Below the pieces are notes generated by a model, which was given only the letters and a program-made list of their open reading frames with translations, did not search any database and was not told the DNA's origin. Source: Promethearchaeota archaeon (GTDB lineage: Archaea > Asgardarchaeota > Lokiarchaeia > Sigyniarchaeales > SOKP01). From it: a DNA stretch of 64,000 nucleotides. Shown piece after piece: positions 49,820 through 59,045 of the stretch. The stretch covers positions 640,001 through 704,000 of the forward strand of contig JAHPZA010000006.1 in assembly GCA_019058445.1 (NCBI GenBank), read 5' to 3'. The number at the start of each line of letters is the position of its first letter. Position 1 is the stretch's first letter. Both the position numbers and the translations under genes were made by a program.

Positions 49820-49949
49820 TAAAAAAAAATAGAATCTTTAAATTCGAGCTTAAATTGGATTTCGCCCTTAATTAAACCCCTGGAAGAGTTTAATTATCTT
49901 TTATTTTTTTCTATTTGCTTCGAATTTAGATTCTTTTTTCTCTTCTTTT
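49820..49949 (+). ncRNA. Candidate structured small RNA, copy B
   Basis: TATA ttttaaat at 49789-49796. Stems agaatc/gattct and taaattcga/tcgaattta. Loop attggatttcgccct. Inner stem taattaaac/gtttaatta. Pyrimidine tail. Confidence 0.65.
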
Positions 49950-50018
49950 ATACAGTTAAATAATAAACATTTAATATATTTGAAGATATAATTCTTCAAA
50001 AAGGTGTAACATGCAATA

Positions 50019-50906
50019 ATGAAAGCATTAGAAAATTCTGCTATTCAAATTAATATTGAGGAGTGCACTAAATGTAGAGCCTGTGTAAATGAGTGTAACT
50101 TTTATTATTTTGAGGATAATGAACTTCATCTTATTGAAGATTTTGAAGAATCTTGTTTTGAATGCGGTCATTGCGTCGCAATTTGCCCAGTGAATGCTAT
50201 CATGTTAAAAAATTATCCCCCAGATAAAGTTAAAAAATTACCCGATAGCAAGGAGTTACCAACATTTGATGCGTTGTCAAATCTTTTTCAAATAAGAAGA
50301 TCACGAAGGCAATTTCAAGAGAAATCTGTTCCGAAAGATTTAATAGAAAAGCTTTTAAATGTCGCAGGAGTATATTCAGCAACAGGACATAATGAACAAA
50401 ACGTATATTTCACTGTGGTACAAGATCGTAACTTATTGAAAAAAATTTCAGATGAGATTACTTTGCAAGTAGCAAATCTTGTTAAAAAATTTGAAACAGA
50501 AGAAGGAAGGGAATCATTAAGAAAGGCATTTCCAGAAGATTTATTGAAAAAGGCTGAGAAAGGAATTCCATCTTTTAAGAGGAAATTAATCCGAATTGAA
50601 CAGGGTAAAGAAGTTTGGAGATGGAACGCTGAGTTAATTATAATCCACTCTCCTAAAGACGCGACATCATTAACTGAGAATTGTACGTTAGCAGCAGGGC
50701 AAGTAATGCTTGCTGCAGAAACCTTGGGTTTAGGGACGTGTTCATTGGGTTATATTACAGCATTTTTAAATATATACAAGTCAGTTTCTAAAATTGCACA
50801 GATTCCACGAAAACATACAGTTGGATACTCCCTAGCAATAGGATATCCCGTAGCAAAATATCATAGAATTCCGGCCCGAAAAACACTTAAAGCAAATTGG
50901 TTATGA
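50019..50906 (+). CDS. Ferredoxin-nitroreductase fusion protein
   Basis: CTKCRACVNEC, CFECGHCVAICP, RRSRRQF, LAAETLGLGTC. Confidence 0.92.
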   Translation: MKALENSAIQINIEECTKCRACVNECNFYYFEDNELHLIEDFEESCFECGHCVAICPVNAIMLKNYPPDKVKKLPDSKELPTFDALSNLFQIRRSRRQFQEKSVPKDLIEKLLNVAGVYSATGHNEQNVYFTVVQDRNLLKKISDEITLQVANLVKKFETEEGRESLRKAFPEDLLKKAEKGIPSFKRKLIRIEQGKEVWRWNAELIIIHSPKDATSLTENCTLAAGQVMLAAETLGLGTCSLGYITAFLNIYKSVSKIAQIPRKHTVGYSLAIGYPVAKYHRIPARKTLKANWL

Positions 50907-50957
50907 ATACATTCATTATTTTCATAGAAAAAGACAAAGTAATAAATAGGTAAAAAT

Positions 50958-51089
50958 ATGAAAAGGAAATGTGTACTGTGTGGAATGATACGATCCACGA
51001 AAGATCTAGTTTTGCAGGATAATGGTAAATATATTTGCTTTTCTTGCTGGAATAAATATCTCAAAGAAAATAGAGAAAAGGATTCTTAA
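50958..51089 (+). CDS. CxxC-CxxC zinc-finger microprotein (43 aa)
   Basis: MKRKCVLCGMIRSTKDLVLQDNGKYICFSCWNKYLKENREKDS with an AGGT SD. Confidence 0.75.
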   Translation: MKRKCVLCGMIRSTKDLVLQDNGKYICFSCWNKYLKENREKDS

Positions 51090-51140
51090 GATGAGATAAA
51101 ATGAGCAGAAAGGAAGATATAAGAGAAAAATATTAATGTG

Positions 51141-51365
51141 TTAATAAGAGAGTAAATAAGTATATCGTTCAAGGTTAAATTTTTTAACTTTTATATCCTC
51201 CTTATTATTCCCCTTATTTTTACGCACGAGGGGTATTTTTACTACGATTTTGAACTCATCCAAATACAGATTATCATAAAAGATTTTTTTCCCTTTATCA
51301 TAATCTATAAATTTTCTTGTTTCAAAATCTTCATTTTTTATGGTTGGGATTAAAATTTTAATCAC
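51141..51365 (-). CDS. Small hypothetical protein
   Basis: 74-aa ORF. Confidence 0.5.
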   Translation of the reverse strand: MIKILIPTIKNEDFETRKFIDYDKGKKIFYDNLYLDEFKIVVKIPLVRKNKGNNKEDIKVKKFNLERYTYLLSY

Positions 51366-51716
51366 CCTTGTCCAATTTATTTAAAATATATTATTAGACA
51401 TTAATGAAACTCAATAAATATTTCATGTATTATACGTAAGTACTGTGTTTAAGTAAAAATGATAAAATAACAGCTGTCTCCAAGATAAACCTCTGAATGT
51501 GGTACCAGAAAATATATGCCAAATCACCTATTTATATGTTATGCTTTTTATATAAACGATCTTTTAAGAAAAAGGTTTTTCCTTATAATGTATTGGATTT
51601 TAAGCAAATCTCAAAAAAGAGTCGGAACTCTCAAAATTTTAAGGTAAAAATTAAAATTTAGACTATATTTATTTTCTTTAAGTCAAAGCAAAATAAGCTC
51701 ATCTCAACTATTAGTC

Positions 51717-52172
51717 ATGAGTCAGAAAGAATTACAAGCTTTTCTCCAAAACGAGATATTTAAAAAGTCTAAAAAGTTGAAGGGAAAATTTGCCCCTTTC
51801 TCAGAAATTATAGATAATGAATATCGAGTTTTAAAAATAAAAGCTATTTATGATTTAAGTGAAAAATCTAAGAATTTATATCTGTTTATCATCAGAAACT
51901 ATTCCAAACCTCCAAAAGAACGATTTTATTTGGCAATTATATTAGCCGCTCAAAGTTCTGATCTTTTAGTAAGTTTGGCAAATAATTTTGCTCAGAAAAA
52001 TGGTTTAAAATTGATACAATATGCAATTAATCCAAAGCAGTTGAGAATTAGCTTAATTTCTTTAAAAGAAATTGAAAATCTTGAAGATTATTCGTTTTCA
52101 GTTGACATTCTAAAAGAATTTCGAACTTTTTTTAGAAATATGTTAGGAAAAATTAAATCCTCTTTAGAATAA
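51717..52172 (+). CDS. Hypothetical protein
   Basis: 151-aa ORF with ATG start. Confidence 0.7.
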   Translation: MSQKELQAFLQNEIFKKSKKLKGKFAPFSEIIDNEYRVLKIKAIYDLSEKSKNLYLFIIRNYSKPPKERFYLAIILAAQSSDLLVSLANNFAQKNGLKLIQYAINPKQLRISLISLKEIENLEDYSFSVDILKEFRTFFRNMLGKIKSSLE

Positions 52173-52255
52173 ACATAATTTTTAAACATACACACAATAA
52201 TAATAATAGTTGTAAATGATTAGATTTTAAAAAATAATCTTACCAATGATACATA

Positions 52256-53752
52256 ATGAAAGTAAAAAGACGTTTTTCAAGGCTTATTCGTGAAAATACA
52301 GTTAAAATTGTAGCTACCTTAGGTCCAGCATCTGAATCCAAAAAAATGCTTAAAGAACTAATAGATACTGGCGTTGATGTATTTCGCTTGAACTTTTCGC
52401 ATGGTACTCATGATGAAAAAAGAGAGTTAGTACAAAGAATTCGGGAAGTTGATGAATATGTAGGAATTTTATGTGATATCCAAGGTCCAAAAATAAGAGT
52501 GGGTAATTTCAAAGACGATAAGGCTTATAATTTAAATATTGGACAAGAAGTCTTGGTGTATGAGAAAGACATAATGGGAGATCAGAATCAATTTTCTGTG
52601 CCTTTAGTAGGCTTCCTAAACACCATTTCGAAAGGGGATGTATTTTTTATTAATGATGGGATCATTAAAATTCAAGTGAAAAAGAAAGAAAGTGACCATA
52701 TAATTGGCGAAGTAATGGCAGGTGGTATTATAAGCAATAGGAAGGGAGTTAATATCCCAAAAGGAGCATTAAGCCAAAGAGTTCCTACTGAAAAAGATAT
52801 AAAAGATTTAGAATTAATCGCTGAGCTCAATCCGGAGTATGTGGCTATTTCCTTTGTCTCTTCTGGGGCTGATGTACTTCATGTGAAAAGGATTCTTGAA
52901 AACTATGGAAATAATGATATTAAACTTATTTCTAAAATAGAACGCCCCATCGCGTTAGATAATTTTGACGATATTTTAGAGGTTTCTGATGGGATTATGG
53001 TGGCAAGAGGGGATCTTGGGGTTGAGATATCCCCTGATCAAGTCCCTGTTCGGCAAAAAGAACTGATTAAAAAATGCAACAAAGAGGGAAAGCCAGTAAT
53101 AGTTGCGACTCAAATGCTCGAATCAATGATAAATGCACCAATACCTACAAGGGCAGAAGCGAACGATGTGTTCAATGCGGTTATAGATGGGACAGATGCA
53201 GTCATGCTCTCTGCTGAAACTGCTGTAGGGAATTTTCCCTTAAATGCCGTGCAATATATGAACAAAATTGCTTACACTGCTACCCAAAATATGCCAAAAC
53301 GAAAACCCGATGAGTATGACTCTGATCGGTTGATTCATACACAAGTATTAGGACATGCAATTCATTCATTAACTACTGAGATGGAAGATTTAAATTTTCG
53401 AGGTAAGATTTTGGTTTTAACAAGAGGAGGATTTGGTGTAAGAATGATTGCAAAGTATCGTCCACCGCTACCCATCATTGCAATTACACCACATAAAAGA
53501 ACTGCAAGGGAAATGAATTTACTCTGGGCAGTACAACCTATACATATTGAGAATATTAATTTCTTTAATTTAGATGCTGAAGCTATCATTCAACAATCGG
53601 TGAAATATGCCGTTGAATTGGGAGTAATAGACGAGAATGAACATGTAGTAATCTTACTTGTCTCGAGAAAATGGAAAAAGAGAGGCAATATCGTAGGATT
53701 TTATTACGTAGGGGAAATTCTTGAAGGGGACAGAGAAGAAAATTCAAAATAG
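52256..53752 (+). CDS. pyk: Pyruvate kinase
   Basis: KIVATLGPAS, RLNFSHG, DIQGPKIR, SKIE, DGIMVARGDLGVE, ATQMLESM, PTRAE. Confidence 0.97.
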   Translation: MKVKRRFSRLIRENTVKIVATLGPASESKKMLKELIDTGVDVFRLNFSHGTHDEKRELVQRIREVDEYVGILCDIQGPKIRVGNFKDDKAYNLNIGQEVLVYEKDIMGDQNQFSVPLVGFLNTISKGDVFFINDGIIKIQVKKKESDHIIGEVMAGGIISNRKGVNIPKGALSQRVPTEKDIKDLELIAELNPEYVAISFVSSGADVLHVKRILENYGNNDIKLISKIERPIALDNFDDILEVSDGIMVARGDLGVEISPDQVPVRQKELIKKCNKEGKPVIVATQMLESMINAPIPTRAEANDVFNAVIDGTDAVMLSAETAVGNFPLNAVQYMNKIAYTATQNMPKRKPDEYDSDRLIHTQVLGHAIHSLTTEMEDLNFRGKILVLTRGGFGVRMIAKYRPPLPIIAITPHKRTAREMNLLWAVQPIHIENINFFNLDAEAIIQQSVKYAVELGVIDENEHVVILLVSRKWKKRGNIVGFYYVGEILEGDREENSK

Positions 53753-53901
53753 AAGTACATCTTAATTTTTAGGTTTCAATTGGTTTTTATTATTAGTTTT
53801 TTTATTCTTTATTTATTTGGAGTGTCAGTTTTATAAAGTAGGAAACCGAAATAAATAATAACTATTTCAATGTTATATAAAAAAAAATGAATTGATAAAA
53901 A

Positions 53902-55236
53902 ATGGAATCAGAGGGAAAAGCTTCTACGGGAAAATTCATTACCTATGGAATGCCCCGATTCAGTGCTGGTATCGTATTAGATACGGTTGATTTCGGCATA
54001 TTATTCCTATATATAGTTGTCTATGGGCTTCCTCCAATACTATCAGGTTTAGCATTAGCAATTGGGAAATTAAGTATTGCACTAGGTCAATTTTCGATGG
54101 GCTGGTTATCAGATAGAACTAAAACCAAGTATGGTAGAAGAAAACCATTCATGTTCTTTTATGCACCCCTGACGGCATTATCATTTATCTGTGCTCTATT
54201 ACCGATGATCTTTATTCAAAATCCAAGTTCCATCATTTTATTCGTATGGATCTTAGTGTTTGATGCAGTTTTTCAATGGTCCTATGGAGGACTTACTACG
54301 CCTTATCAATCTTGGGTATCTGAGCAATTTATTGTGCATGAACGCCCTAAAGCATCTGCTTTCCAAAATCTATTTAGTTTTATAGGAGCTGGAGTTGGAA
54401 TCGTTTTTACCTTATTGGTATTTCCCCCGTTGATCGAGACTTTTCAAAAAACAAAAACCGTAGACCCTATTTTTGTAATTTTGGTATTTATTTTTGGATT
54501 TTTACTAGTATTACTATTCTATATCTGTGCTTTCGCATTTCCAGTTGAAAAAGTTGAGGCTGCTGAAATGAATTTCTCTGAAGATTTGAAAAAGGTGCTT
54601 AAAGATAAAAATTTCATGAGGGTATGCTGGCTACAGGGCATAGCATTTTTAGCTATTGGGATGATAACACCATCTGTAATAGGTTTTGCTACAATCGTGT
54701 TAAAAATAGAGGGCACAACATTATATCTTACAGCGGTAATTCTTTTAGTGGGTATTATGGTCTTTCTTTTTATGTGGAAAAAATTAATAGATAAAAAGGG
54801 GAAAAAGCAAACCTTCTTAATCATAATTTTAACTGGAATTATTGTTTTACCCTTGACTTTAATAGGACTAGTCCCAGGTGAAATTAACTTTTTAATCACT
54901 GTTGTTTGGGTATTGGCAATCGCAGCGTTTATGGGGGGTTGGTATTTATTTCCATACATCTGGTTAGCGGATTTAGCGGAAGATGCGCAAGTAAGATCTG
55001 GTGAGGGAAGAAAATCTGGATTATATGCGGGATTTCCACAAATTCTTCTTAATATATTTCAAGCTATTGCATTATTTATTACAGGATTTATTCTAAGCCT
55101 CCCAAATGTACCAGGCAAAGACTATTCTTGGGGTTATGTTTTATGGGGTGTGTGGTGTTCAGGAGTTCTGATTGTTACCTATTTATTCACTAAGAAATTA
55201 ATTACTTTAGATTTTGATTGGGAAAAAGAGAGATAG
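53902..55236 (+). CDS. MFS transporter, GPH family
   Basis: GWLSDRTKTKYGRRKPF, RKSGLYAG; 12 TM. Confidence 0.9.
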   Translation: MESEGKASTGKFITYGMPRFSAGIVLDTVDFGILFLYIVVYGLPPILSGLALAIGKLSIALGQFSMGWLSDRTKTKYGRRKPFMFFYAPLTALSFICALLPMIFIQNPSSIILFVWILVFDAVFQWSYGGLTTPYQSWVSEQFIVHERPKASAFQNLFSFIGAGVGIVFTLLVFPPLIETFQKTKTVDPIFVILVFIFGFLLVLLFYICAFAFPVEKVEAAEMNFSEDLKKVLKDKNFMRVCWLQGIAFLAIGMITPSVIGFATIVLKIEGTTLYLTAVILLVGIMVFLFMWKKLIDKKGKKQTFLIIILTGIIVLPLTLIGLVPGEINFLITVVWVLAIAAFMGGWYLFPYIWLADLAEDAQVRSGEGRKSGLYAGFPQILLNIFQAIALFITGFILSLPNVPGKDYSWGYVLWGVWCSGVLIVTYLFTKKLITLDFDWEKER

Positions 55237-55373
55237 ACCAAATTTCAAATTATTAAATTTATTTTTTTCTTTATTCTTAAGCTGGTATTTTTATTATCAA
55301 TGTAAGAAAGTTGAAATTATAAATATTCAAAATGAACTAATTAAGAATAGCACCTTTTTAAAAATGTGATTGT

Positions 55374-56540
55374 ATGAGAAATGAAAAAGAGGAAGGATTA
55401 ATCAAAGCTACTAACACTTTTGCTATAGAACTATATCATCAGCTAAGTAAACCTGAAGAAAATCTATTTTTCTCACCCTTTAGTATTTTTACTGCGCTAT
55501 CTATGGTTTATGCTGGTGCTCGGGGGTCCACAGCGAATCAAATGGAAAAAACTCTCCACATTCCATTAGAGCAGCATCATTTCCACAGGGCTCTTAAAAA
55601 ACTCTTACGTATATTGGGTAGTGAAGAGACTAACAAGGATAATGAACTGAGTATAGCGAATTTATTGTGTGTTAAGGAAGGCTATGATCTTCTCGAAAAA
55701 TTTTTATGGAGTATCGAAGATAATTATAATGCTCCGATATGGAAATTAAATTTCTCATTAGTTAGGGAATCTTCTGCAAAAATTAATAATTGGGTGGCTG
55801 AACAAACTAAAGGTAAAATCTCTAATATTATTGATTCGATTGATCCTGAGATGAGGCTTATTTTGATTAACGCAATCTATTTTAAAGGGATGTGGGAAAA
55901 TACGTTTGATAAAAATTTTACAAAAGAGGAAAACTTCACACTTGCATCTGGTGAAAAAATAATGGTTCCGATGATGCGCCAAACGAGGAATTTCACCTAT
56001 TTAGATGATGATAAGTTCCAAATTCTTGAAATGCCATATAAGGGAACCCTTATCTCTGGTACAACTAAACGGGTTAATATGGTTATTTTTCTACCGAAAC
56101 AATTTAATAAACTTCCACTGATAGAATCCCAGCTTACTTTTGAAAAGATGGAAGTTTACGTTTCGGAGCTACGTGAGCAATATATGCAGAGAGTAAGGGT
56201 TTTTTTTCCTCGATTTACGATTCAAATAAGCTACAAACTTACAAAAGCTCTTTCGGATTTAGGACTTGCTCTTGTTTTCACTAAAAATGCAGATCTTTCA
56301 GCAATATCTAAAGAACCAGTGATCTTTATTTCTGATGTTATACATAAAGCTTTCGTGGAGGTAAATGAGAGAGGTACTGAGGCAGCAGCCGTAACAGCAA
56401 TCAGTGTCGTGGGAGCCTCTATTGGCCCAAGAAAAGAGCCGCCCGTATTTCGCGCAGATCATCCTTTCATATTTCTTATTCAAGATTCACAAACAAAAAC
56501 AATCCTCTTTATCGGAAAAGTTATGAATCCTATAGAATAA
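55374..56540 (+). CDS. Serpin (serine protease inhibitor)
   Basis: NLFFSPFSI, NAIYFKGMW, VPMM, hinge EVNERGTEAAAVT, FRADHPFIFLI. Confidence 0.95.
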   Translation: MRNEKEEGLIKATNTFAIELYHQLSKPEENLFFSPFSIFTALSMVYAGARGSTANQMEKTLHIPLEQHHFHRALKKLLRILGSEETNKDNELSIANLLCVKEGYDLLEKFLWSIEDNYNAPIWKLNFSLVRESSAKINNWVAEQTKGKISNIIDSIDPEMRLILINAIYFKGMWENTFDKNFTKEENFTLASGEKIMVPMMRQTRNFTYLDDDKFQILEMPYKGTLISGTTKRVNMVIFLPKQFNKLPLIESQLTFEKMEVYVSELREQYMQRVRVFFPRFTIQISYKLTKALSDLGLALVFTKNADLSAISKEPVIFISDVIHKAFVEVNERGTEAAAVTAISVVGASIGPRKEPPVFRADHPFIFLIQDSQTKTILFIGKVMNPIE

Positions 56541-56561
56541 GTTCTAAAAAAAAACAAAAAT

Positions 56562-56808
56562 TTAGGCCAGATCAATTGAAATTTCTATTAAATGATCCAA
56601 CTTAATAACTTGATCACCAAACCGTACTAAATCTAACTTATCTTGCTTTTTTTTGAATAATCCTTTTTCAAATTCATTTAATGCGACAAGAAACGCACTG
56701 AGAGTTTCTTATGAATTATCCTTAATAATTTCCTCAAATATGTATTAGATTATAAGCTTACCGGACGGATATTCGTATAATATTAAATGATAGAGTATAG
56801 CTACCCAT
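56562..56808 (-). pseudogene. Decayed longin-like domain gene
   Basis: VAILYHLILYEYPSGKLII*YIFEEIIKDNS*ETLSAFLVALNEFEKGLFKKKQDKLDLVRFGDQVIKLDHLIEISIDLA*. Confidence 0.45.
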
Positions 56809-57057
56809 CTAATTATACTTGCATAATTTAATATTATTTGAAATTGATAGATCTTGAAAGTAAAAATGTGTAATATCGTCACGAAAGATCAGAAAATTCT
56901 TAGCTTTTTAATAAAAAAAATGATATTAGATTATCACCATACAGATCATTAAATTGTTAAAAGAATAGAATGAAACTCTTCAAGATCTAATTATCTTGAA
57001 AAATCACGGGGTTTAAGAGATTAAATTTGTAATTAAAGTTAAAATGTAATTGTTAGA

Positions 57058-57270
57058 ATGGAAAAGCTCGATAGTTTTCAAGTATACAGCCATAACCACA
57101 GTGTGAATGTTTTAGTGGATAAAATATGGGTAAAAAACGAGAGAGTATACTTCAGAGTTTTAGAGGAATTAGAAAATTCTCAAAATCATTTAAGAAAAGA
57201 GCAGAAACCGAATGTATATTCCATTCATGTAAATTCTATTTTTACGTTACGATGTAAATTATATTTTTAA
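57058..57270 (+). CDS. Small hypothetical protein
   Basis: 70-aa beta-rich ORF with ATG start. Confidence 0.6.
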   Translation: MEKLDSFQVYSHNHSVNVLVDKIWVKNERVYFRVLEELENSQNHLRKEQKPNVYSIHVNSIFTLRCKLYF

Positions 57271-57373
57271 ATTAAATTTTTATTAAATATTCTAAAATCT
57301 CAAATTTTATTAGATGATTATTATTACTTTAAAAATATTATCACAATTTTAAGTTCAAAAAAGGCATAAAACC

Positions 57374-58552
57374 TTGATTTTATCAAAAAAATCAATTATT
57401 TTTATCCTTATATCGGTATTAATTGCTAATACTACTGGAATGGGCGTATTTGCTTATGCTCCAAGATATTTATTAAATTTAGGAGTTGATATAATAGTTA
57501 TTCAGCTTATTTTAACATTGTATATATTCACTACTTTAGCATTTCCTCCATTAATTGGGAAATTATCTGATAAAATACAACATCGATCAATGCTTTTTAA
57601 ACTTGGAGCTGTTGGAGTAAGCATTATCTTTTTTCTATTTACCACAGTCTTCAATTTAGTTCTTATAATCATTTTAATGATATTATACGGTTTTTTTGGT
57701 ACGTTTGCTAGATTGAAATTTGTATTATATGCAGAGTTGGTAGAAAATGATCATCGTTTTATCGCTTATTTTGCTGCCATAACCGCTTTAGGATGGTTTT
57801 TAGGGGCGTTCTTAACGGGTATTTTTGTTGATTTATTTGGAATTGGTCAGTATTTTCAATTATTATTATCAGTTTCTTTAATAAACCTTGTTATCATCAT
57901 GTTTATCAAGGAAAATAGAACATTAATCTTGGAACGCCATGAAAAAGAAGAAGTTAGAAATTTAGATGATATTATATTAAACAACCGGGATGATTCAAAT
58001 CATATATCCCGATCCATTTATCCGAGCTTATTTTTTCGCAATTTTGGTGTGCGTCCAATATTAGTAATTCTTGCAATATTAATGTTTTTTCATATTTCCA
58101 GTGATACCCAAATAGGTTTTTTGATTGGAATCAATTTTTTAATTCAATTTTTTCTAAATATATTATTAGCCCATGTCATAACCGAGAAGAATTTAAAATG
58201 GATTATGTTTATAGGTTATATCTTAAGTGCTTTTACTATTCTGGGTTGGATTTTAGCCACTGATTTCTGGAGTTTTTTAATCTGTCAAATTCTTATTTCA
58301 CTTTCTTTTGCTATGTTCATGACGGCAACTCAAATCTACGTTACTAGAAATACTACCCCCCATAATAAGGGAAAATATGTCGGATATATGAATACTGGCA
58401 CTCAATTAGGTTCCTTTTCTGGAGGGTTAATGTTTAGCCTATTACTCGTGCTATATTCTGGCAATTATTATCCTGCCATGTATTTTATGATTATTTTTCC
58501 CGCGATTTCAGCTTTCATCATTCTAATTAAGTTTGAAAGGGAAAATGAGTGA
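57374..58552 (+). CDS. MFS transporter
   Basis: GKLSDKIQHR motif A, 12 TM, NKGKYVG. Confidence 0.9.
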   Translation: MILSKKSIIFILISVLIANTTGMGVFAYAPRYLLNLGVDIIVIQLILTLYIFTTLAFPPLIGKLSDKIQHRSMLFKLGAVGVSIIFFLFTTVFNLVLIIILMILYGFFGTFARLKFVLYAELVENDHRFIAYFAAITALGWFLGAFLTGIFVDLFGIGQYFQLLLSVSLINLVIIMFIKENRTLILERHEKEEVRNLDDIILNNRDDSNHISRSIYPSLFFRNFGVRPILVILAILMFFHISSDTQIGFLIGINFLIQFFLNILLAHVITEKNLKWIMFIGYILSAFTILGWILATDFWSFLICQILISLSFAMFMTATQIYVTRNTTPHNKGKYVGYMNTGTQLGSFSGGLMFSLLLVLYSGNYYPAMYFMIIFPAISAFIILIKFERENE

Positions 58553-58614
58553 TGGCTTCTTTTCAAAAAGATAAAAAAATATATTAGAAATACTATTATC
58601 AAAAGAGTGGAGAA

Positions 58615-58758
58615 TTAAATCCAAACCTTAAAGTAATCCCTGAAAGCCTTTTCATACTCTTCAAGAAGAGGATTATCTATTTCTGCAAATCTTATCTCTC
58701 CATATTCAATTTCTCCATAAATTTCAGCAGATTTTATTTCTTTCTCTAAAATAGCCAT
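58615..58758 (-). CDS. Small acidic hypothetical protein (47 aa)
   Basis: MAILEKEIKSAEIYGEIEYGEIRFAEIDNPLLEEYEKAFRDYFKVWI with an AGGT SD. Confidence 0.55.
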   Translation of the reverse strand: MAILEKEIKSAEIYGEIEYGEIRFAEIDNPLLEEYEKAFRDYFKVWI

Positions 58759-59045
58759 TAAAATATACCTACGAATAAAATTTATTATAATTTATCTGAA
58801 GTAAGATTTGTTATCCTTCGGAATTCTGTTATTTAAATCTCACTATATTTTATTTTAGCTCACATCATCCATTATTTTTTTATAATCCTCTTATTCTACT
58901 ACAACTTGTTCTCCCTCTGTCTCATTTGGAAGTAAGAAATTTCTTCATCTTATTGCATAAGCAACCTTTATATAGAAATCTGTTTAATTAAATTTTAAAT
59001 AGAATTCTAATAAAAAATATTAAATTTTTAAATTGTGAATTTTCT

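Noticed and set aside
35250-49949. Hairpin family interpreted as integron attC sites, SECIS elements or CRISPR repeats
   Set aside because: The AAC/GTT boxes are in the inner rather than terminal stem. There is no AUGA/GA SECIS core and no upstream Sec codon. The copies are dispersed and not regularly spaced.
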